Source of the DNA: Psilocybe cubensis
Lineage: Eukaryota
NCBI GenBank assembly: GCA_017499595.2
Contig: CM039004.1
Location: forward strand, 2,294,001 to 2,358,000
Length of the DNA: 64,000 nt
Direction of reading: 5' to 3'
Positions 22,891 through 34,300 of the stretch are shown in pieces. The position numbers were made by a program, and so were the translations under genes. Below the pieces are notes generated by a model. The model saw only the letters and a program-made list of their open reading frames with translations, made no database searches and had not been told where the DNA came from. Within the stretch, counting starts at the first letter, position 1; each line of letters starts with the position of its first letter.

Positions 22891-24352
22891 TCACAGACGT
22901 GCTGATACGGTCGAAGTTTTCTTCCTGCTGATTTCGATTGCCTCTTTCACGGCCTCTTCCAATACTTTCACGACAAACTGCACGTCCTTACCATTGCCAC
23001 CCACCACACTCCAACCCATATGGCCGATCCTAATATATTTCTCTTTGACCTCCGCCACGAGCCCCCCTGCCATAACCACGCCGCGCTTCCCAACACATGC
23101 CAAAATGTCCGCGGCTGTAAGTGAAAGACCTTTGATGTTTGGAACGTAGAGGGCGGTCATGCCGTGAGCCCGACCATTGGGTTCGTGGGCAACTTGGATC
23201 ATACCCAAGGCTTCCCCAGCTTTTTTGACTAAGTCGCTGGCAGCTCTGTGTAAAGCGAGACGCTGAGGTAATGTGATTGGTCCATCTGTAATTTCGAGAA
23301 GGGACGCATGATAGGCGCGGACTAGATTAACAGCAGGAGTGCCGAAATAGGCGGGCTTGTTTTGATCATAAGCACGCATGATTGGAAGCCATCTACGAAG
23401 AAAGGTTAGAGCGTCATTTTATTGTGTAAAGGATGATAAAAAGATAAACACTGACTTTTGCCAACTCGAATAGTAAGAACCAGACTTTACACCACGTTTG
23501 ATCCTATCTTCAAAACCAGAAACCGTACGTTGACTGGCAACAAGAATGCTGAGCCCAGGGGGAGCACCCAAACCTTTCTGGCTGGCAGAAAGAACAACAT
23601 CCAGTCCCCAAGCATCCATTTGTACATCTTCCGAAGCAAGCGAGCACACCGCATCCAAAACGACCAAAGTACTGGGACTGATACGCCTTACAGAAGCTGC
23701 AATAGAGCGTGCATCTGAAAGAACACCAGTTGACGTGTCGACATGTGTAATGGTGACCAATTTGTACGGCTGAGACCCTGCTGTGCGGAGTGCTTTCTCG
23801 ATCTCATTTATGGGTACTGTGCCGCCCAGTACGGACTTCACGACGTCCACTTTCGCGCCATATGTCTCCAAGCTGAAGTGTTCGAAATATTTTGCTCGCT
23901 GTCAATAACACATTCTTGAGTAGTGAAGCACATACCAGTCTTTGAACCCTTCACCAAAATAACCAGTATGGATGACCAGCACCCTATCACCTGTTTCTAT
24001 CAGATTGGCACCGACTTGATCCCACCCAAATGTGCCACTACCGGCTAGAATGAAAGCCGTTGAAGAGGAGTTCGTATGCACAACTTTTCTAATAGCGGAG
24101 TCAACATGGTGATCGGGAGGAAACTGTCAAAAGATGTTAAATCGAACCTTGTCATATGCAAAGATTCCTGAAAAATTTTCACGAATTCAGGCGAAACATG
24201 CGAGAGTGGGGCCAGTGCCAAAGAACGCTGCACCGATGGGGAGAGAGGTACAGGGCCAGGGATTCTGTAAAAGATTATTCATTGGACACATATGGATAGA
24301 ATGAAAAGAGAAGAGTATACGCCAAGAGTTTCTGCGCCGAAGTAGAGGTCAT
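22891..24352 (-). CDS. Alanine-glyoxylate/serine-pyruvate aminotransferase-like (class V PLP), paralog 2, with C-terminal PTS1 (-ARL)
   Basis: MTSTSAQKLLAIPGP, GSGTFGWD, THVDTSTG, DAVCS, SASQKGLG, YFGTPAVNL, IRIGHMG; ends STVSARL-TGA. Confidence 0.92.
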
Positions 24353-26077
24353 TATTCGCCACGTACAGTTAAAGAGAGAGCGGTCTTAAGAGTCAATGGA
24401 TGTAGAATGTGGAAGAGTGGATGCAGTCGCGTTCGCCAGGCAAGCAAGATCTCTCTCGGACAATTGCCCCCGGACTGACTCGCTGGCTTGGACCTTGGTG
24501 AGCCATGGTGCCGAGGTCAATAATAATAGTCTTCTCGGTACGTACTTACTGAGCAACCCCTTTTCAATTTTAAACCGTGTGACTCCGACGTCCGTTGAGT
24601 CCGTCGGCATGCTTTCGAACGAATACTTGATGTTTTGGCAAGGCCATGCACATAATATTAAGACCGTGAGTTTGTGCCATGAATCTACATTTCCGTCTGT
24701 TTTTCTCTCTGACTAGAACACGGTGAGCTCTATGTCTTCCAGGGACCAGGTGATGAGGGTACTAATTAATAGTCTTATGGGAACCAAATGGGAACAGGTC
24801 ATCTCTTTTTGATGTACCTCGGCATGATTATGATCCGCATGCACTCACATGGCATGGTAAGGAAGAAGTATACGTTCTTGACCATTTATTGCCACAAAGG
24901 CTGAAGCAATGTACGAAGGGCTGTCGCAGAGTAGGACCAGAAAATAACGTAGAAGGCTGGGACAGTGAAGGATAGTGACCAAAATGCCATTGGTCCGGTG
25001 TTTGCCTGTCTCATACAAACCTTTGCCAAGTGAAGCGACTTTCAAGATAATAATTTATTACGCCTTGGCGCAGAACATAGTAAAGATCTGGCAGCGAAAT
25101 GTTTCTCTTTATTTCTCCTACAGAGCTGTATATGTATTTCCACCCCAACCTAATTATCACTGAATACCGCGTGAGGGTGTGACAATGTCAAGAAAATCCG
25201 GAGTCTATCATGTTTTCCACTGTGTTATTAATAAACAATTAAACTTCAAGTTCTTCAATGCAACATCAATGCCTTCTCTCAACTGCAGGCTTTTCGAACA
25301 TGCAGAATCCAAATTAATATATCCAATTTGATGTTTCTCATTTGGCTAGCTGGAAAAGAAAAACAATCTGAAAGTTATGATATCGATATGGTAAAAGGCT
25401 GATCGACACGAGACTGACACTGGCAGCTTCAAAATAATACAAGCTTCAAGTGTTCTGATTGCCCGTGGCTAATTGCCCGACACAGTGCCAATTTCCGTGA
25501 AGTCCACGTTCCCCTCTTAGCTCAACACATTGACCATTGAACTTCAGGAAGTTGATCAAAAATATCAGGTGTTAAGAAAATAAAACGATCAACTAAAACC
25601 CTGGTAATTCACGGCACTACGGTCACAATCATAAGTAGTAGTAATTGTAATTATTTTTCAACAATGAAAGGCTGTACGGTGTCATGTTAATTATCGCCGC
25701 AATCAGAAGAAGAAGCTATATAGCCAAGCAATAAAGCGCATTCGTCTGGAGTGGGAATGCCAGGGAATAAAGTCCAGGAACCAATGGTCCAAAATTTGCA
25801 TTATCACAGCCTCTGGCATCACGGTCTTCCGACCTATGTAAATGGATTCACAGATATGGATACCATGAATATACTTTGCTTCAATAATAGAATAAACAAT
25901 GGTCACATTTATCCATTTATGCACGTCGTTTCTGAGGAACAACATCAAAAACCACACCATTCACCAGATCATTAATTTAGAATCTCAGTTGAGTCATGCT
26001 GTTTCGTTAAATGCTAACGTATACTTATGAGTTAGAAAGCAACTTGATCATATACAAAGAACAACCCATGCAAGATA

Positions 26078-26669
26078 AGATTGGGCTCATCAGGAACCAG
26101 CACCCCCTTAGGTAAGCAAAAGTTGGCTTACCTCCGAACCTTTTCAACCCTTCTGCACTCACACTATTCTACATTTTTGAACCACAGATATGTAGGTTAT
26201 GCTTCTTTGAACACATCTGTGGTTTTTTTTTTCAAAAAAATTTTGATCTCAAGAAGTTATAAAGATTTTAATTTTTTTCCTTTTTTTTTAGTCTAACACG
26301 TCAGAAATGGTGTTTTCTCGAGTTTGGGAGATTTTCGAAAATTTGACAATGTTCTTTTGGCCGCTTATATAATGGTACACGTGACCACACGTGACAATAA
26401 GTCACGCCTAAGTAATACCTCTCAGACTCATTATGGACTTCCAGAGACTACAATTTGACCTCTGAGGTGTAATTCTATTATTGTGGGCATAAAGGCTAGT
26501 AGTAAGGATTGTATATGCACATTTATGAATTTTTTTTTTTTAAACTTTTTGTCTGAAACCATTTTCCGTCAACATAACTTTTGATTTTTTTTTCGAGCTG
26601 GATTTTGGCCGCTCTTGGCGCCAAGCCCATTGATTACGTAAGGGTGCTGGTTTCTGATGAGCCCAATCT
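26078..26669. mobile_element. Non-autonomous DNA transposon (MITE), ~592 bp, ~30-40-bp TIRs, TA target-site duplication
   Basis: Left end agattgggctcatcaggaaccagcacccccttaggtaagcaa versus reverse complement of the right end agattgggctcatcagaaaccagcacccttacgtaatcaa. Flanked by TA at 26076-77 and 26670-71. AT-rich, non-coding interior. Confidence 0.88.
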
Positions 26670-26778
26670 TAGTAGTAAGTTGTAACAGACGTTAGTTTGA
26701 ACCCGTAGTAGTGAAAGCTAGCGCACAGTCCATATATCTATGAGTAGATTCGTATAAAGATGACCCGTCGAACTGATA

Positions 26779-28206
26779 TTAGTCTTTGCCGTAAGGGAAT
26801 ACTTGAGTGCATCCGGAACCTGCGACACCCTGGAATAGGAAGTTCAAGTTCGTATTCAAAGCTTGGCGCAATACTCCAGTTGGATTAGGGTATAAGCCTT
26901 TGATAGTCTGATTGACGAAGTTGACGTAAAGCAGACAGAAGTGGTTGAAATCGGCGGAAGTTGGGTCGGGAGTGTATGTATTGACACCGTTTACATTTGC
27001 TCCAGGTGCGATGGGAGAGGCAAGGAAAACCTGATCAATTCCATCAGCGCCCACACTTCCGTTGTGTCGGAAGAACCCATCTGGCATCTGGGAGTTCTGG
27101 AAGAAACCACGCGCCGTGGTCATATCCAGTTGGCCGTCATTTCGTCGGCCGTCAACGAAGAAGTTAACGGGGAAGGTTGATTCCGCGAAAGCCGTAAAGA
27201 AACGAGGGGAAACGAAGGAAAATGTGGGATTGGTTTCAATAGATTGCTGGATGCGCTGAGCTCTGAGCTTTCCAGCTACCGTCAAATTGTAATTTCCAGC
27301 ACCGAAACGGTTGCTGAAATCGACAAACTAAAGGGAGTATAGATTTCAGAATCGAAGATCGTCGAAAAAGTCGAACACATTTCGTACCTGGTCAAACAGG
27401 GTTTCGTTGAAGTCATGGTTGTCCCCAAAGAAGAAATCAGCTAAAGCGTTCAATTTTTATTTTTATAGACACTAAATCAATCTGAACACAAATATACACA
27501 CCACGAGTCATGCTGGCATCACCTGAAAATGGTTCCTATCAAGTTACTAAGATATCCACGCCTTATTTTAATTCGTCCTCACCTTCAAAAACAGCATGTG
27601 TGTTAAGTCCACCCACGGTGGCGGGGGCTGGTGGGTTCGGGCCAGTGAAAGAGGTTTTTCCTCCTATGCTCAGGAGATTTGTTACGACATTTCCATCGAC
27701 GAGGAAAGCAGCATAGGTGACGAGTATGGCAATGCTGTTCTCCATATTAAATCCTGTATAAAACAGTTATCAGCTCGGTCGAGGCGAGTAAAGGTGTAAA
27801 ACCATGGCTGACCTTCTTGAACAGCATTTATAATTTGAGCAGGTGTCGCAATCCCATTTCTGGGAAGCCACTGTTTGATGTCAGAGTCATTTACTCGAGA
27901 CATGAACAACATAAAAACGCATTAAAGACTCACTCCATGCGATGCGAGAGTGTTGAGACCTGGACAAGGGCCCCGAATATCTGCTGGTGCTAGTGGTTGC
28001 CAGGGATGGGCAGCATCATTAACTAGTTTGGCAGATGTATCTTCCAATGGGCCAGGAGGGTTTTCTGGCTGTTGGTAAGTAAGAGTAGGGACGATGGTAT
28101 CCAGTTGTTCTCTAGTAAGCCCAGCAAGAGATCCATATGCTGGGAACGCGCCAACAGTATACGCATTCAGTATCAAGGCAACAGAAATCAAACCGCGACT
28201 GAGCAT
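26779..28206 (-). CDS. Unspecific peroxygenase (heme-thiolate peroxidase), long/group II type
   Basis: Signal plus propeptide AFPAYGSLAGLTREQLD; RGPCPGLNTLASHG (proximal Cys); FEGDASMTR (EGD motif split by introns); RFFTAFAES (Arg/Glu acid-base pair); two C-terminal Cys (FCLLY, GCTQVFPYGKD) as in Agrocybe aegerita UPO. Confidence 0.95.
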
Positions 28207-28822
28207 GCTAGGATCGAGGGAGGAAACAATTTACAATGAAGGACGTGAATCAGTCTTTTTATACGTTCCACTCCAACCTTAGTAGGGGAGCAGGTGCGGC
28301 GAACCACTTATACGCAATAACGATCGGCAGACTGGTAGCTTGATTAGGATCTGGCCGGCCAGTGCGCAGGCTGTCGTCGCACAGATATATGTCTACATCA
28401 GTCAGACTTCGCAGTAAGGCAACGTAGTAGAGATCTCGGCCAAAAATGCAAGTCAAAGGGGAAACATAGCTGATAGGTACCATATTAGACTTTATCCATC
28501 AAGAGAAGCGCAGGGTCAATGGCCAGGGTGAGAACTGAACGCGTCGTATCCGATCGACAAAAGGTTGATCTAGTGGAATTGGCCGGGGAGTGCTGTGCAA
28601 TAATAGCTTGAAGATAATATCCAATCGTTTCCTTCATATTTAAATGGTTCTTTGTCCCGATGACAAACACAAAAATCGTAAAGCAAGTAATTATCTAACA
28701 TGTAATGTGAATGTATGCTCTAAATTAAAGTGGAGTAAAAATCACAGGCTTATCGTGGTGCTCTTTGGTACCTCGTGCTAATTCGCTGGTGTTCCATGTA
28801 CTTGTCCCAGAAGGTGTAATGT

Positions 28823-31063
28823 TTACTTTTTTTCTTCTTTCACCCCCTTTACACCACGCAAACCCATCTTGCCAAGAGTGCGAGGGTCGATTCCAGGAGG
28901 TCCATCACGTGCCGGCCACCCTAAAGAATTGAAGGCGTAGTGATTTGCCCACTGCACCAAAGCTTCCTTAGACATCCGCAGACTCTTGGTATAAGAGTTG
29001 TAGAAGCCGAGGAATGCGCGATAGGCCTGGGACTTGATTTCCGGAGAAATTTGAGCCAATGCATGAGAAATGGAAGTGCGACTTGGAGGAGGCGTGGAAG
29101 GCTTGAGACCCAGCTCGGCGACTTCGGCCTTACTCAAAAATGACTGTTCTTCAGATGAGAGGATCAAGATACCACGGCCCGATGCACCTGCACGAGCTGT
29201 GCGTCCTAGTCGATGGACGTACTGTTCAGCACTGCTTGGTAAACCAACCTGAAGGACAAGAGTGACCCTGGTCAATTTGATGTGTTCAGTCGAAAATCAA
29301 TTAACATGAATGATGAACAAACCCTGGGAAGTCGACGCCCCGTGCAGCGACATCGCTGCTCAGTAATATAGCGCTTGGGGCTTTTTTGAAATCTTCTGCT
29401 GCTCTGATACGTGCAGGCTGGGATTTTCTGGAATGAATTTCCAAAACTGGTGGAAGACCCTCTATGTGTTTGAAGACTTCAGCGGCGAAGGAGACGTGTC
29501 GGGCGGTGGGGAAGAAGACCATGCACTTTGAAGTCGACATCGTCGCCGAAAGATGGGCCATCAGATCCTGTTTCAGAATATCAATAGCAGTCCCCAGGAA
29601 CTTTTCTTGAGGAGTTATCATGTAAGTCTGTTCAACTAGAAAGATGTTCGTTGGGCTAGAAATACGAATAGTTCGAGGAGCAAAAGCACACCATGTTCAT
29701 GAGTGTTGACTTCATCCTCTAATAAAGTTGAAATGAATTTATATCCAGGGCGAAGAGCACCTGCTGCAATCTAAAGCAAATTGGTTGATAAACTTAATGG
29801 TTAAGCAACATTGACCGGACTGACCTGTTTGATCTCATTGCTGACAGTAGCTGAAAATAGTAATGCCTGTCGCGTTTGTCTGGGAGGCAAGAACTTTGCT
29901 ATCGTTTCAAGATCAGGGCGGAAGCCTTGGTCAAGTAAACGATCAGCTTCGTCGTATACCATGATCTTCAAACCAGTGAGCTTCTCTTTGAGTGTCGTGC
30001 TACGGAGGTGATCTATGAGCCTTCCTGGAGTAGCAATTAAAATATCGCAAGGTCGGTTGAGGATTCGGGCAGCCTCCGTTGTTGGACTACAATTCGAGAA
30101 GTGAATAAAACATTAGATATGGAAAGATTGACCAGTACTTTGTGCCTCCGATTGCGTGACCCACTGTTAGATGGTGTTGAGCTAGAAGTACTTTGGCTTC
30201 CTCCTCAATCTTATAGAAACGGGGAAAATCAATAGGCAATAGGCGAAGTATAATAGACAATCGAGACTAACTTGAAGAGCAAGCTCACGAGTAGGTGCCA
30301 ACACCAACATGGATATTTTATCTGTTTTTGGCATTTTGATGAGACGTTCAATGGATGGAAGCAAAAAAGCAACAGTTTTTCCTATATCACAAGCAATAAG
30401 TACACCGCGCGTCCAATAATAAATATCACTATACCGGTCCCTGTCCTGGCCTGAACTAGTAAATCATGTCCCTCCATAGCAACATCAAGGGTGGCAGCTA
30501 TTTAAAAAGTTTAGAGCAGGTCCACAGAAGAGAGGCAGGGATTCAACCTTGTACATCAGACATGAACCTGTAAGTTAAAATTAAGTCCAGGTGAACTATC
30601 AAATTGCACAAAAATGATAAACGCACTCGTGTTTTATGCCAGCTTTAGATGCGCTTGAGATTGGAGCATCTGCAAACCGTCTTTCAGAGAAATGCCGGTT
30701 ATTTGTTGTCGGGGTCGCCGACCTTGCTTCTACTGGAGGTTTTGTTGTTTTGGCCGCCACTGACCTGACGGCAGCGGCGGCGGCAGCAGTGACAGTGGCA
30801 GTTGTTGTGAAACCCCTCTTTCCTCCAGCAAAAGTGGCAGAATGCCCATCCCCAACCTCCTCGCTCACGCTCGGATAATGCCTAGCTTGACCTCGGCCCC
30901 TTGCGTGACCACTACCTCCCCTCCTGGGACGATACGAACGACCGCGTGTATTAGAATTTGATGTTTCTGTGTTCAATGACATGGTATATAGTGCGCGGTT
31001 TCTTATCGAAGAAAGGGTATTTTGGGTAGTGGACGCGAGAGATTGTAGTGTAGCGCGTTGCAT
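28823..31063 (-). CDS. DEAD-box RNA helicase, Mss116/CYT-19-like
   Basis: ARTGTGKT (split by an intron), APTRELALQ, TPGRL, DEAD, FSAT, SDVAARGVDFP, YVHRLGRTARAG; C-terminal AYRAFLGFYNS...GKMGL extension typical of the Mss116 group; presequence-like N-terminus. Confidence 0.85.
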
Positions 31064-31398
31064 TATGGTCAATTTCAGTTTGTTCATTTACTTTGAAGCA
31101 AATTTTGGAAAGTAATGGCCGTGGGAATTTTTTACCCAACCACACTCAGCATTTTTTTTTCAAGTTTGACAATGCGGCGAATTGTATATGGGAGGAGCAA
31201 ACGCTTCTAAGCTAGAAATACTAAGGACAGTCCGATAGATGATTCCAGAACAATTACAGAATTACATATGTACAGATACTACAATTCAATATTTTTATTG
31301 TGGTATAGACGGACTCTCCCAAGGTGAATCCATAACCCAGGGAAAGAGGACGGGACAACCCCACGATGGAGGACGAAAATAAACGAAAGTGTCCTGAT

Positions 31399-34300
31399 CT
31401 ACGCAGCAGCAACAACCACTGTGGCACCTTCTCTGTTAAGGCCTTCACCGCCCGCATTTTCATACCAGAGGCGACCCTCCGTTGTCGGCGCTATGTACCC
31501 AGCACGGATAGTGAAATCACCAAATCGTTCCCCATCCAGTCGTTCAAGTGCGTAGCGTTTGATCATCGGTCTCAAGATAGCCAAAATCTCGGGCTCCGTT
31601 ACAGATTCTGTAATATTACGATTAACCTTTGAATAGTAATCCAAAGCAGTTACGAACCTCGGTAGATTTTATTCAGGCGTTGGCCATAATAGCCCCCACC
31701 AAGCAACATAGCGTAGTTTCCAGGTGCTTTGCCGACAAAGGCGATTTCTAAAACATTTTTTAGTTAATGAATGACTACGAGTACACAAAACTTACCAGCT
31801 AGGTAGGGACGAGCGCATCCGTTGGGACAACCAGTCATTCTCATAACGATAGAGTCGTTTCTGAGGCCATTTTCTTCGCAGATTTTTTCGACCTTGTCGA
31901 TCAGGACAGGAAGGTACTACAAATGAATAAAAAACCATTTTGTTAGGCATCGAGGTACATCGGAAAAAAAATATGCGCACCCTCTCTGACTCAGCCATGG
32001 CCAATCCACATGTGGGGAACGCTACGCAGGCGGAACTCGACAAGCGCAGTCCGGAGAAATCAAGATTATCCAACTTGTACTTCCTCAGGAGCTCTTTGAT
32101 CTGTTCCAAATCCTCGTCGGCGACGTCGGACACTAGTAGATGCTGATTAGCTGTCAGCCTGAAGGTGCCCTTGTGCACTTTTGCGATTTCACGAAGACCG
32201 GTCTTGAAGTCACGTCCAGGTTCGTCCTGAATTCGGCCGTTTTCAATAAAGACAGTGAAGTGGTGCTTTCCGTCTGAGCCAGTGTGCCAACCGAAATCAT
32301 CGACGTTACGGTCGAATGTATATGGTCGCTCAGGCTGGAGATTATATCCAAGAAGTTTCTCTACTTCAGCTTTGTACACATCGAGACCCATACGGTCAAT
32401 TGTGTATTTCAAGCGAGCATTCTGGGAAAGTTATGTCAGTACTCAAAAGCCTTTTTATCTCGTAAAAAGGTAGTTCAGTACCTTGCGACTGCGAATGAAA
32501 GAAAATAAATTAGATTGATATAACATCACAAAGTAAATCGCTTGCCAACGTACTCAGTGCGGTTTCCGTTATCTCTTTGAACGAGCATGACCTTCTCTGC
32601 GACATATTTCCCCTGTTCAGGTGTGCAGAAACCAATGATACTACCGGCACGGGGGTACGTTTTCTTATTTCCGTGAGTGACACCCATTCCGCCGCCAATA
32701 GAAACATTGAAGCCTTGCAACTCGCCGTCATCGCCGACAATAGCAATGAATCCAAGATCGTTTGCAAAGACATCTACATCGTTGGTAGGCGGTACAGCAA
32801 CAGCGATTTTAAACTAAAAGAGCATGATTGTTAAACGATTTGGAAATGGTATAAGCGTTAATAATACATACCTTGCGGGGCAGGTAGAATTCCCCATACA
32901 GAGGTTCGAAGTCTTTCAAAGCCTCACCAGCCACAAGCTTCTTATCCAACCAGATCTCGTGGTAAGCAGTCGTTCTAGGGATGAGGTGCTCGCTGACTTC
33001 TTTAGAAAACTCGTAGACCTGTGCATGTAATTTCGACATGGTGGGGATGGATGAACAGATGACATTTCTATGGCATACATCAGAAAAAAAAGGAATGTCA
33101 AAGTGCACAGAGCGCTCACCTGTTGACGTCACCACATGCTGCGAGAGTGTCCAAGAGGACGCGATTGATGTCCTGGATGGCAGGCTTCAAGTGCCGCTTG
33201 ATGACACCGTGGAATTGGAAGGTCGAGCGGGTAGTGATCTTGAATGTACCACAGCCATGCTCATCTGCTATCTGGTCCATTTGTAACCATTGGTGAGGCT
33301 TGCAGACTCCTCCGGGCATTCTGACGCGGATCATAAAGCTGTATGCGGGCTCAACACCTTGCGCCTCGCGCTCTTCGCGGATATCCCTGTCATCTTGTTG
33401 ATAGATACCATGGAACTTGGTAAGCTGACCATCACTGGGGGCCAATGCGCCGGTGCTGAAGTCCTCCAGTCCCTCTGCGATGGTGCCACGGAGGTACCCA
33501 GAAGCAGCCTTGATGTGCTCATTGGTGATAGGTTCTGGCTCCGCTTCGGTAACCTCGATAGAATCGACGCCCAATGCCTTCCAGAGAAGAGGTTCCCAGA
33601 CCTTGTATCCCGTCTCAGACCCGTCCGCATCCTGGTCGTCCCCAAGACCAATATTGACAATACGCTCGGCACCAAGCTTCTCGAGACGCGAGTCTAAATC
33701 CTTGCCCGGCTTGTTGTAGTAGTGGGCGTCCTCGGGACGAGGCCAGTAATGGCTGTCGCCCATAGCAAATACGGAATAGCGAACCTTGCTCAGAAGCTGA
33801 CTGCCAGCAAGAGCAGCGGCGTTCAAAGCCTTGAAGAATGTTCGTCCGTTCTGCGGAGGCTCTCCTTGTCCAGCAGTCGAAGTAACAAAGACGACGTGTT
33901 CTTCTTCTGCGAGGGTGTCCAGGGTGTACGTATCCAGGGTGGCAATGGTCGTCGACAATCCACGGGCTTTGGCTCTGTTGGCAAGTCGCTTGGCCTTTTT
34001 CTCAGCCGCACCACCATCAGAGGCGTAGAGGATGAGAAGGGGAGGAGAGTCGAGGGCGTTGAGAAGAGTGTTGTAGGCCTCCTCAGCGCGCTTCTTGCGT
34101 GCCTCCCTGACAGTCTCGCCAAGACTGCTAACAATGTCAGCAGCCATCTGAGGTGTCGAACGAACGAGCTGGGAAAGGTGATTCTGACGGTCAAGGAATG
34201 CTTTGAGGTCGTTCTTGATGGCGTCAGAATCCAGAGAGAAAGGCTCCTTTCCAGCTTGCTCCTTGCTGGGATCCCATCTATACAACGGCCAGTATCCGGT

